NCBI RefSeq assembly: GCF_044704955.1
Contig: NC_091977.1
Coordinates: forward strand, 249,178,001-249,242,000
DNA: 64,000 nt
Source: Pristiophorus japonicus
Taxonomy: Eukaryota
Direction: 5' to 3'
This document shows, piece by piece, positions 11,901 to 25,725 of this stretch (its first letter is position 1; the number at the start of each line of letters is the position of its first letter). The notes beneath the pieces are model-generated. The model was not told the DNA's origin, did no database searches, and saw only the letters and a list, made by a program, of their open reading frames with translations. The translations under genes were made by a program, and so were the position numbers.

Positions 11901-13973
11901 ATGTGTCCTGAATGGGGACTGGGTAGCCACGTACGTGGCATGCCCTGAGGAATTGAAACCATTTCACAGGCGCAAGGATGAACTCTCGATTCAGGTCAAT
12001 TGCCTACTATGGGGAAACCGAGTAGTCATGCCCCAGATGGGCAGAGAGATGTTCATCAGAGAACTCCACAATGAGTACCCGGGCATTGTCATGATGAAGG
12101 CAATTGCCAGGTCACACGTTTGGTGGCTAGGGAGAGATGCAGACCTGGAACTTTGTGTTCGCATGTCCAACACGTGTGCCCAGCTGGGCAATGCGCTCAG
12201 GGAAGCCCCCCTTAGCCCCTGGTCCTGGCCCGCCAAGACATGGTCACACATCCATGTGGACTACGCAGGTCCTTACATGGGAAAAATGTTTTTGGTTGTA
12301 GTAGACGCCTACTCCAAATGGATCGAGTGTGACATTCTCAATTCAAGCACATCCTCTGCCACGGTAGAGAGTCTATGGACAATGTTCGTCGCCCATGGTC
12401 TACCGGAAGTCTTGGTCAGCAACAATGGCCCGTGCTTTACAAGCATTGAATTCCAGGACGTCATGACAGGAAATATCTAACCATATCAGAACGGCACCGT
12501 TCAAGCCGGCCTCAAATGGCCAGGCGGAACGAGCCGTGCAGATAATCAAACAGGGGATGCTCAGAATCCAAGGGGGTTCCCTACAAAGCCGCTTATCACG
12601 CCTTCTGTTAGCCATTGGATGCCGACCACACTCGCTCACATGGGTCCCACCCACAGAGCTGTTAATGAAAAGGACGCTCAAAACCAGGTTATCCCTTATA
12701 CACCACCATGAAAGAAATTGTTGAGAGCAGGCGCCAGTCACAATGTGACGACCATGACAGGAATGCGAGGGCGCGATGTTTTGATGTCAATGACCCTGTC
12801 TTTGTCCTCAACTATGCTGCAGGGCCTAAATGGCTTGCAGGCACCGTGATTGCCAAAGAGGGGAATAGGATTCTGGTAAACACGTGGATCAAACAAAAGG
12901 GAGGTTCAGCAACCCCACAGAAGAAGCAGAGGAAGAACACGATGTAGAGTTCACTCCTCCACAGGTGACCGAACACCAGAACCAAGAGGAGCAGAGTCCA
13001 GTCACGCTGGGCAGTCCGGACAGGCCTGAGGCACCGCAAACAGCAGACACTCAGGCCAGCGACCAACAACCGGAGCCCCAACTCAGGTGCTCTACAAGGG
13101 AGCGTAAACCACCAGAGAGACTTAACCTGTGATCCCAATAAGACTTTGCGGGGGGGGGGGGGAGGTGATGTCATGTATTCTCCTGTCATTGTAATCCATG
13201 TATAAACTGACTTAAGTTGTACACCGTGAGAACACTGACCGCTAGCTGGTGAACTTGTGGGAGACACGCCTAACCTGGACTTTCAGGTATAAAAGGGGAA
13301 GCTCCACCCACCTTCATCACTTCAGTGCTGGAATAAAGGTTACTGGTCACAGAGTGACCTTCTTTCAAGTACGGGCCTCGTGTGCATTTATACTGCATAG
13401 TAAGGACACATTGAAGACTTTCTCCCACCCCCACCAAAGAAGTTCCTGCCCTCACACCACCCCCCCTTTCCTGACCTTCCCCCCCACCCAAGTGCCTAAC
13501 CTCCCCCCAGCACAGGTTCCTGACTTCTCCCCCACCCTTTCGCCCTCCCCCATCTCTCTCTCTCTCTCTCTCTCTGTCTCCCCCTCCCCCCCTCTCTCCG
13601 TCTCCCCCCTTCTCTCTCTCCATCTGCAACTCTTGCTCTCTCTCTCATATTAGTGTCCCCAGCTCACCAGCTCGATGATAATAAGGCCCGAGGCCCAATA
13701 TCGGGTACGCTTCGGTCCTCACCATTCAGGCGCATGAATCATTCCTGGCGCCCCGCTTGCCCAAAAATGGCCAAGTATCTAGGCCAAGATTTTTAACATA
13801 TTATAAGACTGTATCAATATGACCACAATGGTGTCATTCAAAGTATATACAGCCCTTTCTGAGGAAGCTGCAAGAGGGTAAGTTAATTACCAGAAAGGAT
13901 ATTTACGAGAGTCAATAATATGCAGCTAATAATCATGGACTTCCTTTAAAATTATTGTCTTTAGATTGCTTAC

Positions 13974-14141
13974 CTGGTCTGCCTCTGCATGATCCACGCT
14001 CAAATTCTCTGTTAAAGCATTTATATCAATTGATTTCTGCTGAAGAATTGGCTCCAGAGCTGACAGATCAATTTGCATTTTGTCTACCAGCACATGAGTT
14101 TCTAGCAATTTGGAAAGACCATTCTTCACACGATCCCGGGC
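13974..14141 (-). CDS. DNAH6: Dynein heavy chain exon, stalk coiled coil ([15 protein letters not shown]...EADQ)
   Basis: taacag acceptor, gtaagc donor; 168 bp; in frame. Confidence 0.92.
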
Positions 14142-15810
14142 CTGTTATTATACAGGAAATATTAAAATTAATTCAGACAATGTAATAACTCATAAGGACA
14201 CTCTCAGCCTATCAGATTACACAATGAACGCAGATACATGCAAAAAGTTTGAATACTTATAAATAAAAATATGAAACAATCACCCACATGAAAGAGCAAT
14301 TAATTCTTTTTAGATAACTATAATCAGAAAATACAAAGATCTGTAATCAAATTCTAAATGATATCCCATTTTGAAAATGTTGAAATCTTTCTTGTATATC
14401 TCAGAAATATAACCAGAGTATGTTAGAAATAAGAAACAGTGACTGAATATTTAGTTTTGTGTCTGAGGACCTGAGTGGTGGAATTACCTTCCAAAGTGCA
14501 GCTGGGTGAAGTCTGACTGTTTTTTGGAGAATCATGAAAATAGATTGTTATGTCACAGTTCTATGCAGGGTAATCCAAGTATTATTTTATAAGTTTTCTG
14601 TCCATGAAAATAGCAGTAGGCAATAAAAATCCTTCAGCAGTCACCAACTTTCAAATTGAATCATATTTGAAAGTGCACCAAATCCGACAGAAGCTGCAGA
14701 GACTCGTGACAGTGCAAGAGCACTGAGCATTGTGTCACAATGAGAGTCCTGTTTCATATCTTGCTCTGTTCATTTGCCACTCTGAGTGATGTTGAACAAG
14801 AAGATGGCAGAAAGGGGCTGTACTGTCTCTCAGCAAGCACATTGGGATATTTGACAAAAGTCATGCCTGGATGGTCAATGCTACCTGGCAACTGAGGACA
14901 TTGGCAGCAATCTGGTACCAACAAATGTTATGAGGATTGAAGCTCCAAACTCTAAGTCCCTGTCGACTAATTAATTTCATGCAACAAAATGTAAAATGCA
15001 TGAAATGGATAATAAACCAACAAAAAATGGGACTACAAAATATAATCCACTATAACTACCAGTTCTCTAGAGAACTTTCAGTCTGTCAAATGCAATTAAA
15101 ACTAAAAAGGATCTTTGGTTCAACATGGATATGCTTCAAATATCCCCTTGATGATAAAGGCAAAAGTATGAACAAATAATTCATAGCAGCCCTATGAAAA
15201 ACAGTCCACTCACACCTCATAATTTTAAGGAAACAATACAATATTTCCCAGGATAAAAATGATTCTTATGTAAAAGCCACAATTAATTAACAGTTATTAT
15301 ACAGGTTTATATAATTACTAGAGAGTGGAAGAAAGAAAAGTCTCAACTTTATTACCACCTGGTTGTCAATGTATAATATAATAAATAATGGGGGGGATTT
15401 TTAGCTAAAAAAGTGTGTGTTTGGGAATGGGCGAATGGTTAAAAGGGATGAAACTGACAACGGGTTGGGAAGCCAGCTCGAATCCGCCAACTTCCGCTTT
15501 TAACTGCAGTGCTTTCAGCTGCTTGTGAGAAAGCCCCATGCGAAAGGCGGGTTGGCAATTGAAAGAGGTACAGTGGCAATTAGGAGCTGTTTTAACTGCA
15601 GATTTAAGCTTTAACTCTGAGTGTACAGATTTCCTGGGCTTCCTGGAACTCACCAGTGAAAGCAAGGCGAGATGACAGCACAAATTGAGGGGTCTGATCA
15701 AATGGCAGGCAAACAATCATACAAGTACGAAGACCTCACAACTGCTTCCTTGCCTAAGTAAAAGGCTTTTGGAGAGCGTGCTTTCACTACTTTGCAGCTG
15801 ATTTCCATTA

Positions 15811-16469
15811 CAGGCTGAACCCTCCCTCATCCAGCACCTCGGTACCTGGACTGTGCTGGATGAGGGATTTTGACGGATGAGGGGAGGTCATCGGCCCAGG
15901 GAGGGGTGTGGGGGGGGGCAGGGGGAGAGGTGGCCCAAGGTTGGGGGTGAGGGGAGTGGAGGAGTCGGCGGCCCAAGTGGGCCCTGAAGAGTTGGCGGGC
16001 CAGCGGGCCCCAAAGTGTCGGTGGGACCGAAGTGTCAGCGGGCCGGCCCGATTTCCCCCGCCCCAAGAGGAAGCACTGAGCGGAGGAGCGGCCTGCCAGA
16101 GTACGCAGCCCGCCTGGTCCGACCCCCAGAAGGGAGCACTGAGCGAAGGAGCGGCCAGTCTGAGGATGCGGCTCGCCGGCCTGACTCCCTGGAGGGTGCA
16201 CTGAGTGAGGAGCGACCAGCCCAAGGACTGTGGCTGCAGGAGTTCCAGCAGGGTGACGAGGCGGAGGCAGCCGATAACCCCGACTTCGAGGAGAAAGATT
16301 ATATTGGTGAGTACCCTGTACAAATTATTTTTTAATGTATGTTCTGAGATCGGGGAAAGAAGGATTTTGACCGGCACGTTCTGCATATGCGCCACCCGGA
16401 AGCCAGGAATGGAACCGGATGAAGGGTGGTGCCGGATAAGGGAGTCTCGGATAAGAGAGGTTCAACCTG
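15811..16469. mobile_element. Tc1/mariner-superfamily (pogo/Tigger-like) MITE
   Basis: TIR CAGGCTGAACCCTCCCTCATCC / GGATAAGAGAGGTTCAACCTG with TA on both flanks. Confidence 0.8.
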
Positions 16470-16949
16470 TACTTTGGAGGTCATTTGAATCAATGGATAG
16501 GGAATGAATTCTAAAAGAAGCAAAAAACATTTAAGTTGCTTTCATTGCTGATTTTCTAATTTTAACGTAATGTATAATTATTGTATATATTATTTAATTT
16601 TGTTTAATTATAATTAATCTTTATTATACTGATTTTACTATTGTATACTTCTTATTGTATTACTTAGAATGTAATTTAAATTTCTTTTTCAAAAAAATTT
16701 TGTCCGTGTCTATGCGTGCGCATTTTGGCTGCCACTTCAGACCTGAGCCTTTAACCTCATTTACACTTCCTTCTCCCGCTTTTGCTCTCTTTCCCTCCCT
16801 TATCAATATCTAACATGTTGTAAAACTGTTGTCAAATGCCTTGGGATGTTTTACTATGTCAAAGGCGCTATATAAATAAATATTATTATTTATGCTACCT
16901 TGGATTTTTGAGAGTCTGATCTGCACTTTGCATCTGTCAAACATCGGTT

Positions 16950-17430
16950 CAGCATGGATGCTGCTTATGCAGCTTTACCTTGGACCTCAGATGAGGACTA
17001 AGGTGAGCAGCAGTAGCAACAGCACCGGTAGCAGGAGAAGTATCAGCAAGAGCAGCAGCAGCCTTCTGCCAACCTGCCACTCCACAGGAGAGAGGGGATG
17101 AGCACAGGGGTGCTGCTTGTAGGAGGTGATACCCCCAACACAGTGTATATATAGGCAGAGGATCAGCTTCCTGGACATGTCGGAACACTAGTGCCTCAGG
17201 AGGTTCAGAACATCACGTCAGGTAGTTTCATACGTTTACAGCCTTGGGAAGAAGACCTGTTAGATGGACCTGATGGGCACCATCACCCTCAATTCTTCAT
17301 CTCTGGCTTCTTCCAGGAATCTGCAGGAGATATCTGCAGAATCTCACAATCTGCTGCCCACAAATGCATGACCGATGCCAGGGTCAACAACTATGTGCAC
17401 TTTGTAATTGATGAGGCCAGTCAGAAAGAC
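16950..17430 (+). pseudogene. Degenerate Harbinger transposase 5' fragment
   Basis: FFISGFFQESAGDICRISQSAAHKC resembles the FYASGSFQ..GDIC.ISQ motif of the other copies. Confidence 0.6.
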
Positions 17431-17599
17431 TGGCTGCAGGTTTTTGAGGCAAGTTGCTTTTTGCGTTTTTAATGGTTCCTGTAGCTTATTTGAGTAGAGG
17501 CTTGATGCAAGACATTTAAAAGGTTGTTAAAGTGTGCAGGGAGTGCTGCTAGATGTTTGCAAGACATTGGCTCTTAAAGGAAGATCTCTGAAAAATCCA

Positions 17600-20500
17600 C
17601 TTTCCCCCAATCCTGAGGGCTCTAGTTACTGTCCCCCTTGGGCTGCAGCATGACATAGTGATGGAGCAATGGCAGCAAAGGAGACAAGCTGCTCACATAG
17701 GGCAGAGGAGGGCTCTCAGCAGGAGGCCTTACCCTCCTGGGGTCTTCAGGGAGCATTTCTCCTATCTGTACCTAAGTCAGGAGCAGTGCGTTCTTCAGCT
17801 CGGTTTCACCAAGGAGGTCACAGAACTCTGCCACCTCTTGCAACCAGTCTCAGAGCAGGGAGAGGGCAGCACTGCCAATGGCTCTCAAGGTGACCATGGT
17901 TGACAATTTCTTCGCCAGCGAATCCTTCCATGCTGGAACAGGCGACATAGCTAATATCTCACAGTTCACAATCCATTGCTGCAACTGGGTGGTCACAGAG
18001 GCTCTGTCCGGTAGGAGAGTGGACTTCTGTGTCTTCTCTCTAAACGAAGAGAAGCAGGAGGAGCATGAACGTGGCTTTGCCAGGATATAGGGCTTTCTCC
18101 TGGTGCAAGACACCATTGACTGCACACATGTGGCTTTGTGGGCTCCGCATTTCACTGCTTGATATGTACCACAACCGAAAAGGCTATCACTTAATGTGTA
18201 GTTGGTGTGCGACCATGCCCAGCACATCATGCTGGTGAATTTCCATTATCCTAGCAGCAGTCATGATGTCTACATCCTGTGCCAGACCGGTGTGCCAGAA
18301 ATATTCCAGCCATAACGTCAAAAGCGAGGGTGGCTGCTCAACGGCAAGAGCTAGCCACTTCACACCTGGTTGATGACTCCCCTCTGCAATCCCACCACTC
18401 GTGGCCAGCAATCATACAAGGAGAGCCACGCTGCCACACAGAACATGATAGAGCAGAGCATTGGCATGCTGAAGCAACGGTTCTGCTGTTTAGATTGCTC
18501 TGGAGGAGCCCTATAGTATTCACCGGAGCCTGCTGTATTCTTCACAATCTGGCCATTACGCGGGCCTTGCCACCAGGGATACGGTCACCAGATCAGGAGC
18601 AGGAGGAAGAGGAGGAGGAAGAAGAGGAAGAAGAAACAGAAGAGCAGGAGGAAGCGAAAGCAAGGAGAAAATCCAGACAACCTAGTTTAAGGCCGAAATA
18701 TCCAGGATTGAAGCATCCACCTGCAGTACCAGTGAACTCTACCCCAATTCCCCATTAGTCCCACATCCTCCCTTCCCTTGGTTACTGACCATCACAGCAT
18801 CCTCTTGGCCACAATGCTGAAATAAAAGCCAACATTCCAATCCAACCTTATACATTGATCCATCCAATATTACATCAAAATATCAACTGATAACCTTTGT
18901 GCATTCCCTTAGTGACGGTCTTGCATGTGTCTTTGTCTATCCTCATGCTTCAACACAGTGCTACCCCAGTGGCTGCAGCATGGCTGGTGGGAGGCCCAGC
19001 TTCGGATGGCACCACTTTGGCATGGGTAGCATAGTCTGAGCTGGCCGACAGGAAAAAACAAGCGCAGTGTCAGAGTGGCAGTGGTGAGAGTATAAATGGT
19101 GTCATCATGAAAGAGGACAGCAGGGTCATCCTCCACAGATCCATTGCCACTCCCCTGGGGCAGCGCCTCAGCAAAACTAGCAATCTGATGGAGTACAGAC
19201 TGCTGTGAAACCCTGCAAGCCCCTTCCAACACTGGTAAACCCAGCCATGATGGCAGCAGTCTGTGTTTGCATGGTAGCAAGCTGAACATGACTTCAGTCT
19301 TGGCTATCACTGCAGCACTCAGACGTTGGGTGGATTCCGCTTGTGGTGCAATGGAAGCGGAGAATACGGCCATCGGACAAGGCATGAAGGTTGGGTCCAC
19401 AAGTGCATTAATGGATCTGCCCTTCCCTTCCATGCTAGAAAGGATGGGATCCAAGCTCTGCCCAAAGCCCTGTACAAGGCTGGAGCTGGATTCCTCCATG
19501 CTCCTTGACATTGCATTCAGGCTTTCTGGCAGGCCTGCCAGTGCACCAAGCATTTAATTGTAGGCTGCTCCATTAACATCTTTATCTGAGTCCTGTGCAA
19601 CAGAATTTGTGTACGACCTTGCCCTCCGGGTAACTGGCACCTGCACTGCCTTTCCTCCTGCCTGGCTGCAGGCTACTCATGCCTGGTGTCTAACCATGTG
19701 AAGATTCCACTTCTATCCTATCCTCTGAAGTATGTGGAGTGCCAGTATCTGAGCTAGTGAATGGGAGTGTGAAATCAAGTCAAGTTATTTCATCTTCTTT
19801 TTCACTTTACTCTCCCTCTTCTTGTTCAACCACTGGCTGGGCAAGCTGGACTTTTTAGGTGTCTGAAGTGATGAAGGCACAAGAGTAAGGTTGTGATGAG
19901 GTGAGGGGTGGAAAACAAGAGGTGCATGCTTTCACCAGGTGCGGCTTTGTAAGTCAGAAGAGATTGTGGGATGAGGGGGAAATGGGATGTGAGAAGGAGA
20001 ATAAGGTATGAGGATACCAGCATCTTGTATTCTTTCAGCACTGCCGCTGGCCACGGCCTCAGCAATGTTATCCCAAGAGTATCGTTTCCTCAATGGGAGT
20101 GAAGTCATGCAGGCGAGCCTGTCCCCCACCGGTTAAGTTGTTCTGGTGTCGGTCATGCACCACCTTTTCCTGCAAGAGCAGGGAAGTGTGTCAGTGAGAG
20201 TGATATATGTTTAGTTGATGTGGCTATCATGGTTGAATAATTGACAGTGTGTTCAAGCTGTGAAATGTGGATGTGAGGCTTACAGCAGTGGTAAGTGCGT
20301 GAGGGTGAGGTGAATGAAGCTAGGATTGTGAGGTGTGAGTCATGTTTGGTAGAGATTGTTAGGTGAGTGATGGGGGGTGTGGTGCATTGAGCAGCGTGTG
20401 AGTCTAGTGGTGCAGTTAGTAGGAGACGGCTTTTGAAGATGCATTCACTAATCATGACCACTCGCCTGAGGTCATTAAACATCATTGGGCACTGGAGCCA

Positions 20501-20951
20501 TGCCTCAGCGATCTGGTCCCACATCCTTCTTAGTGTTTCGGAAAGACCTCTTGAACTCCAGTGAGAAGAGAACCTCTCCTCGAGTGTTCACCCCCTCCAC
20601 AAATGGCTCAAGTGCTATATCCGAAACCCTGGGTGCACTTTCCTTGGCCTGGTTGAGTCATTTTGGTTTGTGGTGAAGCAGTTTTTGATAACCAGAAGGC
20701 AGTTCGCCTTTAAGAGGTGCAGACTGCCTTTAAAAGGCGCAGGCTAGTTTTAAATAAAGCTTTCAATAAAGGGAACATTGCAAACTCCTGCTAAGCACAC
20801 AGCCAGTCAGCAGCATGTTCAGTTAGTTGGGCTGTGCACTGCTATCATGCAAAGTAGCAGGCAGCACGAATTTTGTGAGCTGCCTGCACTCCTTTCAAAG
20901 GGCACGGGCCAATCGCGCATCGCAATCCCCACGCCAAATCCAATTTCACCC
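17600..20951 (+). mobile_element. Decayed autonomous-type Harbinger: transposase (+, about 17610-18720) and convergent Myb/SANT-like gene (-, about 18910-20660)
   Basis: Fragments RRPYPPGVFREHFSYL, FFASESFHAGTGDIANISQ, DTIDCTHV, ACCILHNLAI; minus-strand WDQIAEAW...QC...FNDLRR; end AATTTCACCC at about 20951. Confidence 0.75.
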
Positions 20952-21104
20952 TCTGCATATTTTATTTTAAGGATAGATTTTACACTTAATTTAAATAACA
21001 TTTGGAAAATAGGTATGCGCAGAAATTACTGCATTACTACATCACCAGAAGCAACATTTAATATCTTGGTTTTGATGAACAACATCGAAGACTTATAGCC
21101 TTAC

Positions 21105-21347
21105 CGAAATTAGTTCCTTCCGTTTCTCCTGCAGCATGGACAAGTACAGATTAATCAGTTCGAGGTAGGATGTGGGCGTCGTGTAGTACCTCCGTCGCAG
21201 CTCAACAAAGTATTGTTCTGCTATCACATTCACACTTGTGTGAACTTGTACACACATTTCAGAGAATTTTTCCTTCATTTCCTCACTGTCAAGGTCGACA
21301 TTTCTGAAAAGGTTCCTTGATACAGAAAGAAGGGCTTCTCGTGGCCA
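21105..21347 (-). CDS. DNAH6: Dynein heavy chain exon (WPREALLSV...KELIS)
   Basis: ttccag acceptor, gtaagg donor; 243 bp; [12 protein letters not shown] motif. Confidence 0.93.
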
Positions 21348-21404
21348 CTGGAAGAACAGAGGCATTAATTAATTACCACTTTATTAAGATTGCAAATAAA
21401 AACA

Positions 21405-21945
21405 AGTAGGAAGGCAAATGGCAACTCAGCCTTTATTGCAAGGGGGTTGGAGTACAAGAGTAAGGAAGTCTTTCTACAATTATACAGTGCTTTGGTGAGA
21501 AACCTGGAGGACTGTGCACATTTTTGGTCTCCTTATCTGAGGACAGATATAATTGCTTTAGAGGCAATGTAATGAAGGTTCACTAGATTGATCCTAGGAT
21601 GATAAGGTTGCCCTATGAGGTTGACAGGTTGTTTCCCCTGGCTGGAGAATCTAGAACTAGGTGGCATATTCTCAGGTAAGGGGTTGGCCATTTAAGACTG
21701 AGATGAGGATGAATTTCTTCACTCAGAGGGTTATGAATCTTTGGCATTCCCAAAGGGCTGCGGATGCTAAATCGTTGAGTATATTCAAGGCTGAGATGGA
21801 TAGATTTTTGGAATCTACGGCAATTAAAGGATATGGGGATAGGGTGGGAAAGTGGAGTTGAGGTCGAGGATCAGCCACGATCTTCTCGAATAGCGGATTG
21901 GCTGTACGGCCTACTCTTGCTCCTAATTTTTATGTTCTTATGTAT
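21405..21945 (+). mobile_element. CR1 LINE 3' fragment
   Basis: FIARGLEYKSKEV and NFFTQRVMNLW peptides; CR1 tail. Confidence 0.8.
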
Positions 21946-22555
21946 TAATAGCATTTTTCAGTTTACTACTTATTTTCATGATTGGCCAAATTGCAGAACA
22001 TACTTTAGATTTTAGCAAGCTGGAATAATCTACATGGGACCGAATCACAGAGGGCAATTTGAGGCTGGATCCAGTTAAAATCACCCAGGTCACTTGCCTG
22101 CTGGGAGTTGACCTGTCTCTATTTTAACCTGATCCACGGTATCCGGCAAGGATTCCCACCCAAAGCGAGCAAGGTCCTTTCTAACATGTGCATATCTGAT
22201 CCCAATGACACCATCAGAACTTGACTACAATTTTTACAAGTAGGCAACTTACCAGCTTGGCAGGCGGCCACCGGGCCATATTCATTTCCACTGCTTCCCG
22301 ACAACTTTCCACCCACAACAGGCGGGAAGTTGACGAGCAGCATTTAAATAAGTCCTGGGTGCATTTTGAACTAACACCAAAACTCACCCACCAAAAACTG
22401 GTCCCCAATTCAAAATAAAGCCACAGTGACACAAATACTGACAGGCTAACAAATCATCAATCCAAAATCAACGAATAAACTAATGGTATTCGAGAGTGTA
22501 GCCATGCAATAATAAATAATAAAATATCCATTAAGGTGAGATTTAGTTCACAAGT

Positions 22556-23549
22556 GGGCCTGGAGTTTCCTATATGGTTGCAACCTGAAAATGCACCCAA
22601 TGTCATGCCCATGTTGCTGATGTCAAAAAGTGCTCGAGTATCCTCCCAATCTCATTAGAATATGCTCAACTTAAAACGGGTCAGAAATCAGCAGAAACAA
22701 TCGGGGCCCAAAGAATTGCCGAACCCACACCAGTATTTTTCTTCTCTTAGATTTCAAGTTTCAACTCATTTAACCATTATTGATGCACATCAGGCACAGC
22801 AATCAGGGAAACATGGAAACATAGAAACATAGAAAATAGGTGCAGGAGTAGGCCATTCGACCCTTCGAGCCTGCACCACCATTCAATAAAATCATGGCTG
22901 ATCATTCACCTCAGTACCCCTTTCCTGCCTTCTCTCCATACCCCTTGATCCCTTTAGCCATAAGGGCCATATCCAACTCCCTCTTGAATATATCTAATGA
23001 AACTGGCATCAACAATTCTCTGCGGAAGAGAATTCCACAGGTTAATGAAGAAGTTTCTTCTCATCTCGGTCCGAAATGGCTTACCCCTTATCCTTAGACT
23101 GGGAAGCTTTCCAATTTCTAACATGACTAATACTTATGCTATAAAACACATGAAAAGAAACAGAAAATACAGAGCAGACCTCAGCGAGTATAAAATTTGG
23201 AAAAACTTGCTCAAAACATTGCAATTAAAAAGACCAGAAAAACTACTCTCTTTCCTGCTGCACCTGACATTCCGGTCGCAATGTTGAGAGACCCCCTTGA
23301 ACAAGTGCAATTAGCGGATTCCCACATTTGCGAGTAGGAGGCATTGCCAGTTTTGTGAGCGGAGATTCGTTCAGATGGAGGGTTGGATGGACGGATGTAA
23401 AAAAAAAAAATCGAGCAGACTTAGGTGTACTGTAGTTAAGTAAGTGACTCACATACGCCCAAAATTCTTCAATCTTTTAAACCACGCAATTTGTTTGCAC
23501 CCAGATTACAGGTGTATCTGGAGGCAAATGCAGAGTAAATCCAGGCCCC
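22556..23549. mobile_element. Harbinger-type MITE with a nested CR1 3' tail (-, about 22811-23100)
   Basis: GGGCCTGGAGTTT / AAATCCAGGCCCC termini; internal (CATAGAAA)n CR1 end. Confidence 0.6.
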
Positions 23550-24399
23550 GATCTTCCCTAGATCTTTAACTCTTTTAACTTACATGTGCAGTAACAAATG
23601 GGGAGAGTAAGCACAGCAGAGTTGAAAAATAAAGTTATTACTATTGATAGTTTTATTTAATTGTAATTTTTTATCCCATTGGTAAGCATTCTTGGAAGTA
23701 CAATTTTTGGCAATCAAAATTAAATCAAATTTCAATCATGCTGCTCCATTAGGGTGAGCATTTAAACTAAGTTTGGGGTGAGCAAATAACAGTCTGGCTT
23801 CTTTCCCAAAGACTTCTTCATAACAATCATGATAGCCCCAGCTGTTCTAATGATCTTCAGTAGTAAGTTTAGCTGAAGTTCCCTGGACCGGCTGGAAACC
23901 TGTCCAGGACCTAAATATTCCACGTCCCACACTTGTGTCCAGGTTTCTGGCATGACGTTGTGCTGGCAAACATTCTATCTACTCATTACAGAGTAATTGT
24001 CTTGGGGTCATCAGCGTTCCCGCACCTCAGGCATTCACCGGTACACCTGGTGTATGGTAGATACAGTACGATTGGTCTGAACAGGCATACTGAGTGACCA
24101 TAAGAACATAAGAAATAGGAGCAGGAGTAGGGCCTTTGGCCGCTCAAGCCTACTCCACCATTCAATATTTCAAGAACACTGACAGCACAAATGTCAAAGT
24201 AAATTTGCGCATGGTCACTTTAAGGAAGACGTGAATGATGTCATCGGACCCGTTTCCTTCAATTGAAACTCGCTGGGTGGGCTTAACTAGCCCAATCAGG
24301 GGAAAGTCATGTCAGAGACCGGGATGGAGCCAGCAGCGGGGCCAAGACCTGCCACTGACATCGCCCGCCTCAGACCCACGAGATAGGGAAAATTTAGGC

Positions 24400-24740
24400 C
24401 AGAGAGAGTGTTTTCACTTGTGGGAAAGAGCAGAACTAGAGGGCATCAATACAAGATAGTCACCAAGAAATCAAATCGGGAATTCAGAAGAAACTACTTT
24501 ACCGAAAGAGTGATGAGAATGTGGAACTCGCTACCACAGGGAGTAGTTCAGGCAAATAGTATAGATGGATTTAAGGGGCGGCTAGATAAGCATACGAGGG
24601 AGAAGGGAATAGAGGGTTATGCTGATAGTTAGATAAGGAAAGACAGGAGGTGGCTCAAGTGGAGCATAAATGGCGGCATGGATTGGTTGAGCTGAATATC
24701 CTGTTTCTGTGCCATATATCCCTTGTAATCCTATGTAATG
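24400..24740 (+). mobile_element. CR1 LINE 3' fragment
   Basis: SRTRGHQYKI...RMWNSLPQ peptide and tail. Confidence 0.75.
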
Positions 24741-25045
24741 TACCATTATCCTAAAGGGAGGGACTGAAAATCAAAGGAAGGGTCAACGTGTACTGTTCTC
24801 ACACAACTCCTGACAATAAATCTCAGGAATTTGCACAGATCTGGGCACAGCTACTCATTCACTCTCTTGGGAATAAGTGAGGTGACATGTGGAGGCCAAT
24901 GTTCAGAGCAAAAAATATTAATTCCTCAAGGAGATCATTTCAATTTCAAGAAATATATATTTGAATCTAGATCACCAATAGAGGTTGCAGCTAATTACAA
25001 GTAACTACCGCATTGTTCTTTCTTCTGTGTTAATTTAAAATGCAT

Positions 25046-25493
25046 GGGGCCAAATTTAAATTATCGCACACAATGGGTGGGCAAGTGTGTGCAACGATCA
25101 CACTATCTGCTCAATGGCACCTGCATAAGGCCTGAAGCTTTCCACATTCAGAGGGGAATGCAGTGGTTGGCAGCAGGTGGGAAGAGTTAGGCCCAGAAAA
25201 ATCAGTGGCACCACAATTTGTGCAACATTTCTGGAGTGGTGTACAGTGGTCCCTTGAAGGACCGCTAGTTAGGCCTCTCAACGGCAGTATGTGAAAAATG
25301 CATCAAGGCCAACAACAGGCGTAGGACTCCAATTGAAAATTAAATAAGGCCTGTTTTGAGGCATAAGCTGTGGCTGCCCATTTTAAGTTGGGAGGGCTTC
25401 GAGGCAGCCAGTGAATTTTTAATAACAAGTTTTGCCCGCCGACTGTCCTGCTTTTCTGCGTGCACGGGGTGGTGAGAAGATGAAGATTGGCCC
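25046..25493. mobile_element. Probable old Harbinger-type MITE
   Basis: GGGGCCAAATTT / AAGATTGGCCC imperfect termini. Confidence 0.45.
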
Positions 25494-25584
25494 TTGTATG
25501 ATCTTGGATAGGGTTCTGTGTTTTCCCTTATTTTAACAATGAAATGCCCAAATATGAGGGCAGACCCTAGCTGTTACCGCATAC

Positions 25585-25725
25585 CTGCACAAACCAGTCA
25601 ATGGTACAGCAGTTTACAAGGGATGGAAACATTCGACATCGAGCTCGAAATGCATCACCAACAGGACTCATGCATAGTACAATATGCAGTTTCTGACGAA
25701 CACGGTTTATAAAAAATTGAAAAAC
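25585..25725 (-). CDS. DNAH6: Dynein heavy chain exon (VFQFFINRVR...CTIDWFVQ)
   Basis: ttccag acceptor, gtatgc donor; 141 bp; LHIVLCMSPVG...FPSLVNCCTIDWF motif. Confidence 0.93.

Larger units (their letters stand above)
7703..13413 (+). mobile_element. Gypsy LTR retrotransposon, full-length but decayed (5' LTR 7703 to about 8950, interrupted; 3' LTR 13169 to about 13413)
   Basis: Matching LTRs starting TGTCATGTATTC; PBS TGGCGACGAG; PPT at 13150-13168; gag from 8987, protease LDTGA, RT, RNase H (TCDASSYG), integrase HVDYAGP; frameshifts; TSD not clean. Confidence 0.92.

Noticed and set aside
15808-16507. Cluster of GC-rich ORFs up to 195 aa
   Set aside because: Lie within a 659-bp TA-flanked MITE; no recognisable domain
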